From positions 3,870,001-3,902,000 of the forward strand of contig NZ_LN831024.1 of the NCBI RefSeq assembly GCF_001457615.1: 32,000 nt of DNA, written 5' to 3'. The stretch's first letter is position 1; the number at the start of each line of letters is the position of its first letter. Under the pieces are notes generated by a model. That model saw only the letters and a program-made list of their open reading frames with translations, made no database searches and was not told the origin of the DNA. The translations under genes and the position numbers were made by a program. This DNA comes from Pseudomonas aeruginosa. GTDB taxonomy: Bacteria > Pseudomonadota > Gammaproteobacteria > Pseudomonadales > Pseudomonadaceae. Positions 29,785 through 32,000 of this stretch are shown one piece after another.

Positions 29785-30591
29785 ATGCACACCCTGTTCC
29801 GGGACATCGGCATGCACGCCAGCCTGGGCCGCGCCATCGAACAGATCGGCGGCAACCGTTTCTGGAAGCAATTGATCCTGCTGCTGCGCCAGCACCTGCC
29901 GTTCGACAACGCCCTGGCGATCTTCTACCCCGCCAACGGCGTGCCGGTGGCCCTGGAGGAATACGACGCCGAACCGCACGCCGGGCCGGCCTCGATGCTC
30001 GCCTACCTGAACGGGCTGTACCTGCTCGACCCCTTCTACCAGGCTTGCCGGGAAGGCCTGGCCAGCGGCCTGTACCGCCTCGAGGAGATCGCCCCGGACC
30101 ATTTCCGGCAGAGCGAGTACTACCTCAGCTACTTCCACGACAACGTTCTGGAGGACGAGGTGCAGTTCATCCTACAGGTGCCCGGCCAGGGCGCGCTGTC
30201 GCTGTCGCTGGGCATGCAGAGGATGTTCGCCGACGAGGAATGCGGGATGCTCGGCTTGCTCTCGAGCTGGGTCCTGGCGCTGATGCAGCAGCACTGGCAG
30301 CAACGCAGCCAGCGCCTGTTGCCGGCTGCACCGCAGGAAGAGATGGCCACGCAGATACGCGACGCCCTCAGCCACTTCGGCGCCAGCGTGCTATCGGAAC
30401 GGGAACTGGAGATCGCCCGCCTGATCCTTCGCGGCTACTCGTCGAAGGCCATGGCCGAGCGCCTGGCGATCTCGCCGGAGACGATCAAGGTCCATCGGCG
30501 CCACCTGTACGCCAAGCTGGACATTTCCTCGCAACCGGAGCTGTTCTCGCTGTTCATCCAGTCGCTCGGGCACGACCCGGAGAACCCCTAG
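29785..30591 (+). CDS. LuxR-type HTH transcriptional regulator
   Basis: C-terminal LSERELEIARLILRGYSSKAMAERLAISPETIKVHRRHLYAKLDISSQPELF. ATG at 29785, possible GTG at 29770. Confidence 0.88.
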   Translation: MHTLFRDIGMHASLGRAIEQIGGNRFWKQLILLLRQHLPFDNALAIFYPANGVPVALEEYDAEPHAGPASMLAYLNGLYLLDPFYQACREGLASGLYRLEEIAPDHFRQSEYYLSYFHDNVLEDEVQFILQVPGQGALSLSLGMQRMFADEECGMLGLLSSWVLALMQQHWQQRSQRLLPAAPQEEMATQIRDALSHFGASVLSERELEIARLILRGYSSKAMAERLAISPETIKVHRRHLYAKLDISSQPELFSLFIQSLGHDPENP

Positions 30592-30594
30592 GGA

Positions 30595-31011
30595 TCATGG
30601 ATTGGCGTAGCGCCGGCTGAGACCGGGCGGGATGCCGCGAGCGTCGGTCTCGGTCCATGGACCCTGCGGGCTGGTGGACCAGAACCAGCCGCCGTCCCAC
30701 CGGTAGTAGGTGCGCTGGCGGTAGTAGAGATCGCGCTCGCCACGGATCACGTAGACCCCCAGGCTGCCGTCCCAGACGCCCTTGCCGCCTGGCGGCGGGG
30801 CGAACTGCGGACGCGAGCGGCTGGGCTGCGCCGGAGTCTGCGGTTGCGGGGTGATGCGCGGCGGGGTGGCGCCGGGCGCGCTGGACGGACCGGGCTGCGG
30901 CTGGCTCTGCGGCGGCAGCGAGGCCGGCGGTTCGCTGGTCTGCGGCGGATGCACCACGCACCCGCCGAGACCGCCCAGGAGAATCGCCAGACCCAGATAC
31001 TTCGCCTTCAC
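30595..31011 (-). CDS. Small proline-rich putative lipoprotein
   Basis: GTG start; MKAKYLGLAILLGGLGGCVVHPPQTSEPPASLPP... with lipobox LGGC and conserved-looking GVWDGSLGVYVIRGERDLYYRQRTYYRWDGGWFWSTSPQGPW. Confidence 0.7.
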   Translation of the reverse strand: MKAKYLGLAILLGGLGGCVVHPPQTSEPPASLPPQSQPQPGPSSAPGATPPRITPQPQTPAQPSRSRPQFAPPPGGKGVWDGSLGVYVIRGERDLYYRQRTYYRWDGGWFWSTSPQGPWTETDARGIPPGLSRRYANP

Positions 31012-31037
31012 CGCCGCACCTCCCCAACCGATTGTCG

Positions 31038-32000
31038 TTATGGCCGGGCCGCCTGGGGCTGGTCCGGGCCGTCGATGGTCAGCGCTTGCGCCGACGACTG
31101 GGCAGTAGACAACGGTTTGCCGCGTCCGATCCACTCGCCGGAGATGGCGTTGCCGGCGCGGGATACCCGTGCCACCAGCTCGACCTGCGGGAAACCGCTG
31201 AGCTTGAGCTGCGGCATCATGGCGTCGGCATCGCTCAGGCTGACCTCGGCCGGCAGGTCGGCGACGGTCAGGCGCTTCACTGCCAACGGCATCGGCGGGC
31301 CGCCGACGGCGCGGGCGAAGACGAACACGCTGTCGTCGGCCTTGACCTGGCCCTTCACCGCGTCGCTGATATCCACCTTCACCGTCAGGGTCACCCCGGC
31401 GGCAGCGGGCGCGGCCGGCGCCGGCGGAGTCTGCCCGGCCTCGGTCATGCGCTCGCGGGCGCGCTGGATGCCGCCCTGGATCGCCGAGCGTGCCGGGTCC
31501 TCGTTCGGCAACACCGACACCAGGCGCTCCCAGAAGCCGATGGCGTCGGCGTAGCGCTGCTCTTCGAAGGCGGCGATGCCGAGCAGGCCAAGGGTGGTCA
31601 CTTCGGCCGGGTCGCCCTTCAGCGCCTCGTCGGCCAGGGCCTTGATCTGCGCGGTCATTTTCTTGCCACCGGAGAAATACAGTGCCTGCGCCCACTGGCC
31701 GAGCACTTCCGGCTGCCGCCCGCTGAGTTCGGCGGCGCGTTCGAAGGCCCGCGCCGCATCGGCGCCGCGTTCCTGGGTCATGTAGGTGCGACCGAGGAAG
31801 TACCAGCCCTGGGCGGAATCCGGCTGGGCCTGTACCGCGCGCTCCAGGCGCGCAGTCATCTCTTCCATGGAGTGCGGCGCCTGGGCGAATTCGCGGGCCA
31901 GCTCGACCTTGTCGCTGGCGCCCCAATGCAGGTACAGGCCGAGCGCGACCAACGGCACCAGCAGCGCCGCGACCAGCGGGACCGCCCGGCCCAGGCGCGA
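31038..32000 (-). CDS. ccmI: Cytochrome c biogenesis protein CcmI/CycH, C-terminal part (continues past window end)
   Basis: Open frame to the window edge. TPR-containing LERAVQAQPDSAQGWYFLGRTYMTQERGADAARAFERAAELSG... and C-terminal VTLTVKVDISDAVKGQVKADDSVFVFARAVGGPPMPLAVKRLTVADLP. Confidence 0.9.
   Translation of the reverse strand, partial: SRLGRAVPLVAALLVPLVALGLYLHWGASDKVELAREFAQAPHSMEEMTARLERAVQAQPDSAQGWYFLGRTYMTQERGADAARAFERAAELSGRQPEVLGQWAQALYFSGGKKMTAQIKALADEALKGDPAEVTTLGLLGIAAFEEQRYADAIGFWERLVSVLPNEDPARSAIQGGIQRARERMTEAGQTPPAPAAPAAAGVTLTVKVDISDAVKGQVKADDSVFVFARAVGGPPMPLAVKRLTVADLPAEVSLSDADAMMPQLKLSGFPQVELVARVSRAGNAISGEWIGRGKPLSTAQSSAQALTIDGPDQPQAARP

Overview
This GC-rich chromosomal window matches Pseudomonas aeruginosa core genome. 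From memory the gene order resembles PAO1 PA1510 down to PA1483; locus tags need a database check. Left to right: (1) a lower-GC type VI secretion cassette with the 3' end of a Tle4/TplE-type phospholipase effector, its Tli4-like lipoprotein immunity gene and a small PAAR gene; (2) a purine/glyoxylate block with an NCS2 urate/xanthine-type permease, LMW-PTP-like protein, extra MoaA, TetR/RutR-like regulator, HbpS/GlcG-like protein, and gcl-hyi-glxR-glycerate kinase(ttuD)-pyk, followed by a urea transporter; (3) a K+ channel with a C-terminal zinc-ribbon-like motif, an HD-type protein, a MuiA/DUF4139 protein and a sulfate-binding protein gene (cysP) that is frameshifted here; (4) a divergent cluster of EutH-like transporter // DeoR regulator, GlpA-like FAD dehydrogenase with a C-terminal Cys motif, FAD/NAD oxidoreductase and FGGY kinase, with unknown substrate; (5) a DmpA-type P1 peptidase, APC permease, LuxR-type regulator, small lipoprotein and the CcmI/CycH C-terminal region. 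Most notable signals: the cysP frameshift, repeated TTGTATACAA-like palindromes near both the permease and gcl, a highly structured 296-bp gap before the glycerate kinase with mutually exclusive stems, a 24-bp near-perfect palindrome before the FAD dehydrogenase, the EutH/kinase module itself, and two degraded-gene remnants. I saw no CRISPR array, tRNA/rRNA or intact mobile element. No clearly novel defence or effector system beyond the T6SS cassette was identified.
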